Part shown: one piece after another, positions 13,731 to 25,137 of the stretch | Layout of the letters: every line of letters begins with the position of its first letter | Numbering within the stretch: the first letter of the stretch is position 1 | Assembly: GCA_951406725.2 (NCBI GenBank) | Contig: OX597829.1 | Location: 10,726,001 to 10,790,000 of the forward strand | From: Octopus vulgaris | Lineage: Eukaryota | Direction: 5' to 3' | Length of the DNA: 64,000 nt | Translations under genes and position numbers: made by a program | Notes under the pieces: model-generated | The model's database searches: none | Seen by the model: the letters and a program-made list of their open reading frames with translations, nothing else | Told to the model about the DNA's origin: nothing

Positions 13731-13777
13731 TCATAAATAAAGGCGAGAGAAAGAGGGCGGGAGAAAAAAATAGTTAC

Positions 13778-14273
13778 CTTTGAGGGTCTTGCTTACATTG
13801 TTTAATACGCTGACAAAGGATATTAGTTTATTCTCTATTTGAAGAAATCTTATCGAATTGTTTCGTATCCACTCCAAGTCGGGAGTGTCAGGTTGTGTTT
13901 CATTATCCGGTACAGTGAAGAAGATCTGTGGCACCTCCACATTACGTTTGATCGCTCGCCGTATCGCATACGCTTTCCCTGACGGTGTGTAGGACACGTC
14001 CACAGCATCAGGCAACTTATCACGGTCTTTGCTGTTGTCTTGCGGAGATTGAGCTTTTTCGAGCGTAAAGTTGGACGCGCTTCCCTGGCCACACGCGATC
14101 TGCAGGAAATTTTTATCAAGGTTGAATGCATACAAACAGTTCTGTGACTTGAATGTCTCTTCCTTGGTCAAAATTTGGATCGGTAGTGTTGTTATCAGCA
14201 AGAGAACGATCAAAAGAGATAGCATAGAATAGTGTTTGTTCGCTGTCCTCATTGCGGTTAACTCTGCTTCCAT
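13778..14273 (-). CDS. First coding exon of a secreted or membrane host protein; weak resemblance to a LIVBP/ANF-receptor-type N-terminal domain
   Basis: Non-repetitive 165-codon open frame. Hydrophobic signal peptide (MLSLLIVLLLITTLPIQILT), several NxS/T sequons, two Cys. Splice donor AAG|gtaact at 13777 (phase 1). Family assignment is weak. Confidence 0.7.
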
Positions 14274-14451
14274 GATGACGGAAAAAACCGGAACGCTTTC
14301 AATGTTAATAATGATTTCGTAGATCTAATTTTTAGTTTCTCTTTCTTCCGTTTAATATTCTATGGCAGTTCGATGTCAGACACTTAGATTATTATTCTGT
14401 CTCTATGTGAGTTACTATGTGTATGTGAGGTATGCGTATATTTATGAGTAT

Positions 14452-14501
<50 letters not shown>

Positions 14502-15332
14502 CTGCTTGTGTGTGTATGTGTCTGTATGTGCGTGACAGTGTATAAGTATGAGCGTGTACTTATATATTTTTGAAGTATGTTTGTTTGTGTAAAAATGCAC
14601 AAATAGAACGGGATATTGGCTGATAGATAAACCTGTGGTTTTTCTCAGAATTCTTCCAAGTATATTTCTCTGAATAAATTTTCTTTGAATCCTTTCTGAT
14701 GTAGTTTATTTACTTGCTTATTTATTTATTCATTTATTTATATATTTATTCGTTCAGTTCCTCTCTCTCTCTCTCTTTATATATATATATATACTGACAT
14801 CATCTAATAATATCTGAGATGAGAATGCGACCAACAGTTTATTTTTATTCTTCTGATTGGTTCATAAACATATGCAATTATGCAGTCAACTGTTGTTTTA
14901 TTTGCTCTTTATAGCTGTAAATTTAACAATTATTTTCACTAAATTTTATATCCATTATCTACAATATTACCAGTATAGGAAGTCATTATAATAGAGGTTG
15001 TAGGAAAATGTCTTCAGGTGATGCGTGTGACAGCTCATCATTTGACGAATTAAAAAAATATAAATTAAAACAAAGTATAGACAAATTTATCTATGTTTTG
15101 AAAAGGTCATCAGAAAAATTTGTAGGAAATATTGCTAACGTAACAAACAAATTCAGTTAAGAATGGCGTGCAATTATTATTTAAGGCACGACAAGAAAGC
15201 CGTCACCCTTCTACATACATGATTTTAAATATTTACTTAACATTTAAAAGAATAAGACGACTTAGGAAGTACAGAATGCTGTCTAATACATTTTGCGCAT
15301 ATATAAAATATTTAATCACATATTTACATATA

Positions 15333-16401
15333 TACGAGGGCATACCCAAAAGAAACCGGAATTTTGCAATATTATTTAATTCACTTAGTTTTACATGTTT
15401 ACGTTTTTATCGCCTTCAAAATATTCTCCATTTGAAGCAATGCATCAGTCCAGATGCGCTTTCTTCTGTTCGAACGCATCCTGGAACTCTGCAAAGTGAT
15501 GACTTTGCAGAGGGTCGGCGAGCGCTTTCTGTCTTCTCCCATCTTTATCATTTTTCTATCATAATCATTCGCCTCATCAATGTCAATGTCCAGCCCGCAA
15601 AGCTACCTTATCTATGGACTGCCTACATGGCAAATTTAATGAATAAAAGTGATGCCTTGTAACGCCTCCGTCGTTTTATTCTTGACCTCTTCCATATCTA
15701 CAAAAGCGTTTCCTTTAAGAACTTTTTCATTCGGGTAAACATAAAAAAAAGTCGCAGGAAGCAAGATCGGGTGAATAGAGTGGGTGGGTAAACAGAGTCA
15801 CGCATTCACCTGTGACTTCTTTTGATGTTCCGTGAGCAAGTGAGGCACAGATTTTGCTGCAACTCTTTTTATTCGCAATCGCTCAAAATTCGTCTGCAGG
15901 AACTCCAGAACATACCAGTCATATCAACAAGTTCGTCAATTGTTCGGTGACGGTCCTCCAAGATCACTTCACCAATTTTCATGATGTTTTCAATCGGGCG
16001 GGAGGTCGACGGTCTCCCTGAACGAGGCTGAACTTTAAGCGACAAGTGATCATTCCTAAAGCGTGGAAACCACTTATAGACTTGTGTTTTGCTCATGGCA
16101 GCCTCCTTGTAAGCTGTCTAAAGCGGGACAACTGTTTCGGCCACCGTTTGTCTCAGCAGAAAACAGAATTTCGAGGAAGTATGCTGTTCCTTCATTTCAG
16201 CCATCGCAAAAATCGAAGAACAGGGGAGAAACACTGCAAAACAAAGGCGCACCACATGGAAATATGCCTTCACTTGACGACGGTGGTCGGCAGACAGATG
16301 CTTGAGCGATACATCAAGTGACTTCTAGCGGCGGAAGCCTGAGCTACAACGGGCTTGTCTCTCAGAGAACGTTTGCGGTTACTTTTGGGTACCTCTTCGT
16401 A
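15333..16401 (-). mobile_element. Mariner transposon, internally deleted and decayed
   Basis: Imperfect TIRs TACGAGGGCATACCCAAAAGAAACCG / TACGAAGAGGTACCCAAAAGTAACCG with TA ends. Peptide SKTQVYKWF.RF..RSGRPSTS..EDRHRTIDEL and C-terminal E.FEGD-like sequence. Confidence 0.9.
15502..15645 (+). mobile_element. 5'-truncated 3' end of a non-LTR element inserted in the mariner
   Basis: TSD AAAGTGATG at 15493-15501 and 15646-15654. Empty site seen in the mariner copy at about 29065-29095. Sequence matches 63650-63720. Confidence 0.75.
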
Positions 16402-16475
16402 CATATAGATGCAGATATGTGTGTGCGTGCGTGCGTGTGCACGCGTGTGTGTGTGTGTGTGTGTGTGTGTGCAAA

Positions 16476-17022
16476 CACTAAGTCCTGAGCAGATCTAAGT
16501 ACCCAAATATATCCAGAATAGAAAATCACACGTACTCGAGATGTGCTGAAGTTATTTATAAATTTAACCTTTAAGGTATTTTTTGATATGCTGGCCATTG
16601 ATAAAAAATTTTTTTGGAAAAAATTTTATCCTACATTAGTTATAAATTTAATAGTGTTCACTTCTGGATTCTCCCACTCTGTGAAAGTTTCTAGATCGAA
16701 TCACACGTGTCTCGAGATGGGCTGAAGATTTTCTATTGTGGATATATTTGGGATACTTAGGCCTGTTCAGGACTTAGTGCTTGCTTTTTCCATGGGTATG
16801 AGTAAGTATTTCAAATATGTCTTACGTATTTATCACTGACGAAGGGAAAATTCTTATGAATTAACCCCGAAATTGGGACCAATACGGTAATAACGGATTT
16901 TTTTAGAAATTTCTAACGGCATGTTTCGAGACGCATAAATTATAATGGTTATTGACAATTTTGGTTTTTTTTTTCGGCATATTTGGCATTAGAACTTTTC
17001 TTTTGCCCTTATTTTATAAGTT

Positions 17023-17025
<3 letters not shown>
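16476..17025 (+). mobile_element. Non-coding element with about 52-bp inverted repeats and a hammerhead motif (retrozyme-like or PLE-derived)
   Basis: 16476-16527 is the reverse complement of 16727-16779. Hammerhead motif at 16830-16890. Bounded by (TG)n and (TA)n. Confidence 0.6.
16830..16890 (+). ncRNA. Type I hammerhead-like motif
   Basis: TTATCA-CTGACGA-AGGG..AATTC-TTAT-GAATT..CCCC-GAAA-TTGG-GA-CCAA-TA-CGGTAA. A-C mismatch at the base of helix I. Confidence 0.65.
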
Positions 17026-17058
<33 letters not shown>

Positions 17059-17088
17059 TTTATTTAAAGCAGCAGAAAATTCAACAAA

Positions 17089-17130
17089 ACCTGTTACTTT
17101 GAGTTTCCCGTTGCCTTTCATCGGACAGTT
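17089..17130 (-). ncRNA. Minimal type I hammerhead-like motif, degenerate
   Basis: CTGT-CCGATGA-AAG-GCAA-CGG-GAAA-CTCAAAG-TA-ACAG on the minus strand, in an about 80-bp unit between two (TA)n tracts. Helix II is weak. Confidence 0.55.
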
Positions 17131-17136
17131 TACTCC

Positions 17137-17193
<57 letters not shown>

Positions 17194-17644
17194 GTATATA
17201 TATATATACATATATACATATATACATATATACTTATATACATATGTACGTATATATATGTATATGTATACACACACATATAATTACATATATATATACA
17301 TGTATATACGTATATATACATACACACACACACATATATGTATCTATAAATATATGCGTACACTTGTGTGTTTGTGTGCACGTGTGTATAAAATCTATGT
17401 ATAGTTGTATGTGGGTACATGGATATATATGTATGCATGAGTGTACATATGCATGTGTGTAAGTATACATAATTGCGTGGGTTGCGTGATTCACCCTCGG
17501 TGATATGGATGTGGAGCTTATGGTAACATTGTCTTTCAGCCCTAAATTATACGAACTACGACCGATAGTGACCATATGGGCGGGTGGGCAAACGCCCCTT
17601 GTGTGAGTGTATGTACGACCTTGTGCATGCGATTGTATGTATAC

Positions 17645-17960
17645 GCAGAAATTTAATCTACTGCATCAAATGCCCAAATTGTGAAGAACTGTATGTTGGC
17701 TAGACAGGGAATGCACTCGTTTGCATCGGCAACAAATTAAAAACCCAGAAGTCCGCCAAATACCACTGATAAACCATCTGGCAACATGTGGTCGGAACAC
17801 TTTTATGATATTCCCATTTCATAAACTTTACAACCTGAATGAAATTGAGAGAAAACTGAGAGAAAAGGACTTTATTAAGAAAGTCAAACCCAAGCTTAAC
17901 AAACAATGATTAAATTAATCTTATTTGGGGTTTAAAAATCTTATCCCCGATAACCAAAAA
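17645..17960 (+). mobile_element. PLE GIY-YIG 3' fragment (same family as 23578-25272)
   Basis: RNLIYCIKCPNCEELYVG..HRQQIKNPEVRQIPLINHLATCG..KPKLNKQ is near-identical to the end of ORF 24252-25151. Confidence 0.85.
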
Positions 17961-17999
17961 AATCTTAAAAGTACTGCTATCATCATTTCTAAAAATAAA

Positions 18000-18897
18000 C
18001 ATTGAAAAATGGTTTAGCATCATTTCTAAAAATATCCAAACAACTATTACTGCTGCCCACAGGAACATATATAAAGGACAATAGACAGTCAGTCGAACAC
18101 AGTTGAAACACTCCTATCACAACCTGGGACCTTGAAGACTTAATATTTTATATTCAACATTTCATCTATTCAATAATGTGGTAGACCAAACTGCGCAACA
18201 TGACCAAACCTTCTAGAAGGATCAGAATTCCTTTTCAAAGAGGGACAAAAATTGAAGATCAGATCTTATTTTACTTGTGCTTCTGAAAACATAATTTATG
18301 TCATAAGATGCCACCAAAATTACGTAGGAGTATCACTCAGACGCAGATGCACTCTGCATCGACAACAGATTGCATTCCCAGAATACAGAATGATACCCTT
18401 TAGTGAGCATATTGAGAAATGCGCAAAGCAACTACTATCACAATTTTTAATCTTTCCTTTCTATCAATGTGCTATTGGAACACTAACACAAATTAGAAAA
18501 CATTCTTCATTGAAAAATATAAGCCTGAACTTAACCATCCTAACATTCTTATACCAAGAAACTCATCTCATTAAAGGGAATAGAAATATAAAGCGATTAT
18601 CTCCCTTATACCGGAAGAAATCCCTTATTACCTCCCCCTGGCTGGAACTCTTCTCTGCATTTCATAACGAAGACATGACACGATGTAGGTAAAGACATTT
18701 GAGAAATTTGAAAAGTTTACACGAAACCGGTTATTTCTCCAAAAACTATGTTACTATATACAAAATTTTATAACATTTTTCAAACATAACGACTTAAATA
18801 TATTCTTTAACCTTATAAAACAAGCCTTCTGTAGTTTTTTCACTCTTTTCTACTTTTTATACATCCAACCACGTGCTTTCACACACCAACTCTCTCA

Positions 18898-18900
<3 letters not shown>
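18000..18900 (+). mobile_element. PLE 3' fragment (GIY-YIG + UTR), second family
   Basis: FTCASENIIYVIRC..NYVG..SLRRRCTLHRQQI..SEHIEKCA..IFPFYQ, followed by a hammerhead motif. Confidence 0.82.
18701..18739 (+). ncRNA. Minimal type I hammerhead with U3/A8 core
   Basis: GAGAAAT-TTGAAAA-GT-TTAC-AC-GAAA-CCGG-TT-ATTTCTC. Helix I is a perfect 7 bp and helix III is palindromic. Confidence 0.7.
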
Positions 18901-18946
<46 letters not shown>

Positions 18947-20015
18947 TGTCTATAATAATAAGGGTAAATTAATTAATTAGTAATTAATAATTTTACCAAG
19001 CAGTGTTCAGTATGTAAAACGATCATTTACTGTATATTTAAACATTACTTTATATAATTAGGGTTCAGCAAAAAAATTTACTTTACCACACACCGAACTT
19101 TTAGAAATAGCAGCCAAAGAATTTAGCTATTTCCTCTACTATAAGAAGAGTCTCCCAGACAATGGGAGACTCTTCTGTAGTCTGAATTTTGTGAATTTTG
19201 TAAATACTCAAAAGCTCTGAAATTTAAATTATTTATTTTTCTGTATATTTATTTTTGTTTGTCTTTTCTTTTAATCATTTCTCTGGCATCTATTATTTTA
19301 CTGTCTGATTCTGTTGCCAGTGCCCATATTCCGGTTGTCATTATTGTATACGTTTGATTTCTTCATTCCTTTTAGACTATGCCTAAACCAATATTTCGAT
19401 TGTGAAGCCCTTCCTCTCCTCTTAGTGCCTTGCAGCAATATCAGCACGATAAACCTTGATCTATCAAGATCAATCTAGAATCTTTCTTCACATTTTCCTT
19501 ATTACTCTTTTTCTCATGTGTTGCATTTTGTTTGGCTCATCAATTCTATGTACTTTCTAAGCGCACGCTGGGTGTTATCCTTATTTCTTTAATAAAGATA
19601 TTATCAATGCTCTTCATTAAATTTCCAATCTTCGGGATTGCCTTCCGATAATTTCTAACCTTGTCTATTAAAACTATATACTGTATTTAGTAACATCTCT
19701 AGTTTGTTTGGGTTTTTTATCCCCACCCACCTTTGTAGAATAAAACGCGAGACCGTCATCTTTATTTATATAAAGATGATTGATTGTTCATATGATAAGT
19801 GAAAATGTTTGCGCCCGGAAGAAAAAAATTGTGCCAGACAGTTCACTCGGGATATTCATCTTATAATAAGAGATGCGATTACTTTTTATAACTTCCTTTT
19901 GACACTATCTGCAAAATTTGTTTTTATCACTTACTCATAACGTTGGTGAGATATATGTTGTCAATTCATCTGAATAGCTCAGAAGAGTTGCTTTTCAAAA
20001 GGACCAGTTCATGTC

Positions 20016-20074
<59 letters not shown>

Positions 20075-20126
20075 TGTGTGTGTATATATATATATGTATA
20101 TCTATATATATATATATATGCATGCG

Positions 20127-20167
<41 letters not shown>

Positions 20168-20170
<3 letters not shown>

Positions 20171-20647
20171 AAATAAGAAAATGGAGAAATACATCCAAAT
20201 CAAATATCAATTACCAGATAATACCCAATCACATACTTTATTAAACCACCACATAAGAAACTTTACTAATGTAGAACAAAACAGTGTACATAAAGGAGTG
20301 TACATAAAGGAGTAATGTTATACAATAAGTACAATATGTATAAGAAAATATAAATATTTATATAGACTACATCTTACAGCTGTTTCGGCCATGCAGATAA
20401 GTATATCTCATTTTACTTATATTAGCCATTTATGGTAGGTCAATATGTAGTTATAAATGAGACATTTACATTTTGTATTATGAATTTGTGGTAAAACATT
20501 TTACCTTTGCCTGTATAATACAGTAAATGAATTAATTGCATCGCAATTCTTAACATTCATGTATTAACTTTGTTGGGCACTTCAGTAGCAGTATATTGGA
20601 TATATGTTATCCCATGGAGCGTTGCATTTACAACCCCTATCTCAATT

Positions 20648-20650
<3 letters not shown>
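20168..20650 (-). mobile_element. PLE-type terminal fragment with inverted tail and the 3' half of a hammerhead
   Basis: Homologous to 40020-40545, but the segment 20470-20650 is inverted and relocated. GGCC-GAAA-CAGCTG-TA-AGAT on the minus strand at about 20371-20390. Confidence 0.7.
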
Positions 20651-20684
<34 letters not shown>

Positions 20685-20721
20685 GTATATATATGTGTGT
20701 GTGTGTGTATATATGTATACT

Positions 20722-20943
20722 CTTTTACTCTTTTACTTGTTTCACTCATTTGACTGTGGCCATGCTGGAGCACCGCCTTTAGTCGAGCAAATCGACCCCA
20801 GGACTTATTCTTTGTAAGCCTAGTACTTATTCTATCGTTCTCTTTTGCGAAACCGCTAGGTTACGGGGACGTAAACACACCAGCATCGGTTGTCAAGCGA
20901 TGTTGGGGACAAACACAGCCACATACAAACAAACACGCACGCA

Positions 20944-21013
<70 letters not shown>

Positions 21014-21151
21014 CGACGGGCTTCTTTCAGTTTCCATCTACCAAATCCACTCACAAGGCTTTGGTCGGCCCAAGGCTATAGTAGAAGACACTTGCCCAAG
21101 ATGCTACACAGTGTGACTGAACCCGGAACCATGTGGTTGCTAAGCAAGCTA
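20722..21151 (-). mobile_element. SINE family A, interrupted in its tRNA head; the 5' remainder is at 23187-23220
   Basis: Full body and AAGAGTA tail. The head continues after the 2-kb insertion as TGGTAAGCAAGCTACTTACCACACAGCTACTC (plus strand). Confidence 0.85.
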
Positions 21152-23186
21152 AATTTGCCATAAAGGCATTACAGTTTTTGGACTTAATAGTCCATTACAA
21201 ATATTAACATGCCAAAAATATTCAATATACAATCAACACTAGTTCATTTACAAATGAGGCGCTGGGCCTCTTACACTTTATTACAGTGAGGCTCTTCAAC
21301 CTCTGGTCAATTTTTCACCTCAACGAGGTATTGAACCTCTTGCTACAGTTCTTACAATTATTGAACTTAATAGTCAATAACATGCTATAATATACAATGA
21401 AATATTTAATATACAATCAACACTAGTCCATTTACAAATGAGGCGCTGAGCCGCTTACACTTTATAACATTGATAACTTTTCAACCTCTTGTCAATTTTC
21501 CACCTCATAATCGCTTGTGTCCGTGTATTCCGCCATAGCCCACGCTCCGTTTAAAATCAAGGCGGGGTCTGAGTTGGCGTCACCCGGTCACGCGCGATAT
21601 TCTTCTTTTAGTCCCTTCAGCATCATAACCAGGCGCAACGTTATGACTTCCACAGCTATCTGTGTGAAGGCCAAAGGTATTCCCCCTTAGTGTTCTTTCA
21701 TTATCTTTTCTACCTCTATAAAAGAAGACCAACAGTTTCAGGTCCATCGGGTCCGGGTCGGTCAATTTTACCGTTGGCAGCACAATTCCCACCAATGGTG
21801 TCTCCCTCCCACCTCCGGTGGCACAACCAACGAAGCTCCGTGACACTCCGGCGTCATGTCTCCGACTGCCGGCAATGTCCCGTTCTCCTCCTCTTCCTCT
21901 TTTTTTTCTTCTCGTCTGGGGGAGGGTGCGTCTTTTCCGTGACCTGAAGATTCACCTTCACTCCCTCATCCCCAGGATCGTTCGGTGAGCACCCATTATT
22001 GCTCTCCTTCCTTTTGCGTCTCTTCGGCCGCCTTCATTCCCTCCTCTACAGAGGTCTCCGTCAACCGCTCCGAGACTTTGCTTTGCCCTTGTGAAGAGTT
22101 CGTTTTTATATGGCCAGTCTTCAAGCACCGATGACACTTGGGGGGGGCGTCCCTCAATAATCAACGGATACATAGACCCTGTGTTTCTCAAAAAATCTGG
22201 AAATACGAGACTTCCTGCTGACTCGGTCCATAGGGGCAAAACAGCTTTTGACCCCTCCCAGTCAGCCGCTGGCAGAATATTTACGCTGAGGAGCTTGGTG
22301 CTATTGCCACCGAGACCCCGGCGGATAGTATCTCCTATGCACTGGGGCTCAACTCCGGGTGGCAAGCCACAAACCCAAGCCCTGGTCAAACTCTTCCCAC
22401 AATAAGTGGGAAGAAACAAAATTTCATTACCCTCCAGGGCTGACTTGCAAATTCACAGGCCACTTCTGGGGAGTCAAACAGCAACCACACGGTTGCTTTT
22501 TTTGACCCCCACCCCCCGAGTGATAAACTTAATCGCTGGCTTAAATTCTGCCAGCTTTCTTTCGATTATATCCTTTCTGAAAACGGCAATGACGTCGAGG
22601 GTCCTAGAGTAGGTCCTCAAAACCACCGTCTTACTTTCAAGTTCTTTTAACCATTTTTTGGGTGGTGTAATTTCCCACTCCACCAACTTTTCATTGTTAT
22701 TTGCCATGTTTATCTTTAAAGGACTCCAAAAATACAGTTGTTAAATTATAAAATAATTAAAGAAAAAGAAGGAAAGGGAAAATAGTCCAAGCAAAAGGAA
22801 GGAGAGAGAAAACAAAGGCCACTTGGTAATCCAGGCCAAAATTTAACACAATTGTAAAATAGTTAAAACAATCACTCCAATTTTCTTCTATGTACTCCTT
22901 AACAGGAACAACACTATTTTCAAACAAAAATTTTGGCAGGATACGCCTACCAAACCAATAATTTTCACAATTAAGTGAATAATATTTTCACTCAGCCTCA
23001 GGCAGACTAGAGTCTAGTGAGGACTTCTTGTTTGTAAAAATAATTTGCGACATACAACAGGCCCTCACTAGACGAAAGAAAGTCTTACTTTACAGCTGAG
23101 ATTCATAGGTCTTCAACTTAAGACGGTTTCAAGAGCGCGTCTTACTGCTTCAGTGTCATACACAACTCTGGCCCGCACATGCGCAA
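21152..23186 (-). mobile_element. ORF1-only (HAL1-like) Tx1-related non-autonomous retroelement
   Basis: 14-bp TSD with one mismatch (TG[C/G]TAAGCAAGCTA). Frameshifted ORF from 22707 is similar to Tx1 ORF1 at 53830-55281 (FLPTYCG vs LTPSYRG; IIEGRPP+CHRCLKTGH vs VVDGRRPRCYICG..H). No endonuclease or RT between the TSDs. Confidence 0.75.
21185..21507. repeat. About 185-bp tandem duplication in the 3' UTR of the ORF1-only element
   Basis: AATATACAATCAACACTAGT.CATTTACAAATGAGGCGCTG..TTCAACCTCT.GTCAATTTT.CACCTCA is present twice. Confidence 0.75.
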
Positions 23187-23218
23187 TGGTAAGCAAGCTA
23201 CTTACCACACAGCTACTC

Positions 23219-23249
<31 letters not shown>

Positions 23250-23523
23250 GTATACATATATATATAAAATGGTCGAAATGAGGAGTAGATAGACAGCCGA
23301 CAACTGATGAAGAGGCATTTCTCTCGTTGTTTACGTATTTAACTAGTTTGCCTACGTATTTCATGTTGGTTACACAGTTGCTGACGTCCTGTACCTATAT
23401 ATGCATATATATGAGAGAGACAGAAAGGGAGAGAGGGTGGGGAGAGAGACTAGTTTGATAAGTGCTAACGCAGGAAACTTCTGCCCTTTGACTCATTGTG
23501 TTACTTCTTAATATTAGTATTAA

Positions 23524-23583
<60 letters not shown>

Positions 23584-23712
23584 TAAAAGGAATTCCAACC
23601 TTGTCTGATTTTCACGTTTTATTTACAATCTTATAATGATATATTATAAGATAATATATTATAATTGAATAAAATAAAATGAAATAGTAGAATGTTAAAT
23701 GTTCATTCTGAT

Positions 23713-23757
23713 TGAACTAGTACTTTCATGCATTGAATTCTGCAATCTTCGGGTTCA
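23713..23757 (-). ncRNA. Minimal type I hammerhead in pLTR
   Basis: TGAAC-CCGAAGA-TTGCA-GAATTCAA-TGCAT-GAAA-GTAC-TA-GTTCA. Palindromic helix III (AGTACT), U4C core variant. Confidence 0.75.
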
Positions 23758-24251
23758 TGTAGTAGTGTTGACAGTCATGCTTCACAATTTTTGACTGTAG
23801 CAAGATGATTGATTCTGTGCTATAAATACAGCTGGGTAGGCTCCAGAGTGCTAGGTTTTGCAAACTGTATTCTGACCAATCAGTGTGTAGTATCACTCAA
23901 TTACTTAAGCTGATTGGTTGGTTGAGCTGATTGGTTTAGGCATCACGCTTTGTTGGACATGTCAAGAGTCCTGTATCTTGACCCTGGCCGAAGCAGCAAT
24001 TGTTGGGTTATTCTTAGAAATGTTGTAAATATCCTTTGTCAGAGATTTTTATATTTTTATATTTCAATTGTCATCATCATCATTGTCAGCACCTAAATCA
24101 TTGTTGCTAGTGGTGATGGTGGTGGCAATAGAACTTTTAACCCTACATAAGATCATTTTCCTGCTATCTTCATCTTGATCACCTTTAGTATTGTTGTTGT
24201 TGTTAGTGGTCATGGTCGTAGCAGTGGAAGTAATACCTCTAAGTATTATTA

Positions 24252-25060
24252 TTATTGCTTATTTAGCTTGGGTTCGAATTTATCAATAAAATTCTTTTCT
24301 CTGATTCTCCTCTCGATTTCACTTGGGCTGTGTAATTTGTAGAACGGAAATATTATATACATTTTCCGGCCACATATTGCTAGGTGGTTACTCAAAGGTA
24401 TCTGACGGACCTCTGGGTCTCTAATCTGTTGCCGGTGTACACGTGAGCGTTCTAATAGTGCGTTTCCCGTCTGACCTACATATATTTCTTCACAATTTGG
24501 GCATTTGATGCAGTAAATTAAATTTCTGCTTTTGCAGTTCATATTCACGTTTGTGAATATTTTCCCGGTTTTTGTGTTTATATATTGACCGGTATGTATG
24601 AATTGGCATGTGCCACATCGGCTATCATTGCATTTAGATACCGTGAATGTTTGGTCTTTGTTGCTAAGGTCAAATTTTGCCTTTGTTAGTAATGTTTTCA
24701 AGTTTTTAGGCTGTCTTTTACTAAGCACCATAGCTCGATCCGTGATTATGTCTTTTAATTCATTACTTTGGGCAATGATTGGTAGGTTTGCTTTGGCAAT
24801 GTTGAAGATATTCTGGTGACATGGGTTGTGTGTCACTATGAATGGTATGACTTGTTCTTGTTTTCCTCTTCCTTGGGTTGTCCTAAGTTGTTGTATGGGT
24901 ATTTTTATAGCCCGCTGTATGCCATTTTCTATAAGTAGAGATGGGTATTTTTGTTTGAGCAAAAGTTCTCTTAGCTCTATTAGGCGTTTGTTACTGATAT
25001 TTGCATCTTCTACAATGGTACAAATTCTTCTGGCTAGGCAGTATGGGATGTTACGTTTTG
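24252..25060 (-). pseudogene. PLE C-terminal region with GIY-YIG endonuclease (RT lost by truncation)
   Basis: KRNIPYCLARRICTIV..YPS..IPFIVTHNP..RQPKNLK..GIY-YIG. The upstream part of the tracked ORF is antisense pLTR sequence. Confidence 0.88.
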
Positions 25061-25092
25061 TAATGACTGTCATGACTGTCAACACTACTACA

Positions 25093-25137
25093 TGAACCCG
25101 AAGATTGCAGAATTCAATGCATGAAAGTACTAGTTCA
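25093..25137 (+). ncRNA. Minimal type I hammerhead in the inverted pLTR copy
   Basis: Identical to 23713-23757 on the opposite strand. Confidence 0.75.

Noticed and set aside
19240-19980. Possible old LINE/PLE coding remnant on the minus strand (similar impression at 44520-45130)
   Set aside because: No diagnostic motif could be read with confidence.
23270-23330. CTGATGA-AGAG..CTCT motif
   Set aside because: No GAAA or helix III in the right order, so no complete hammerhead can be built.
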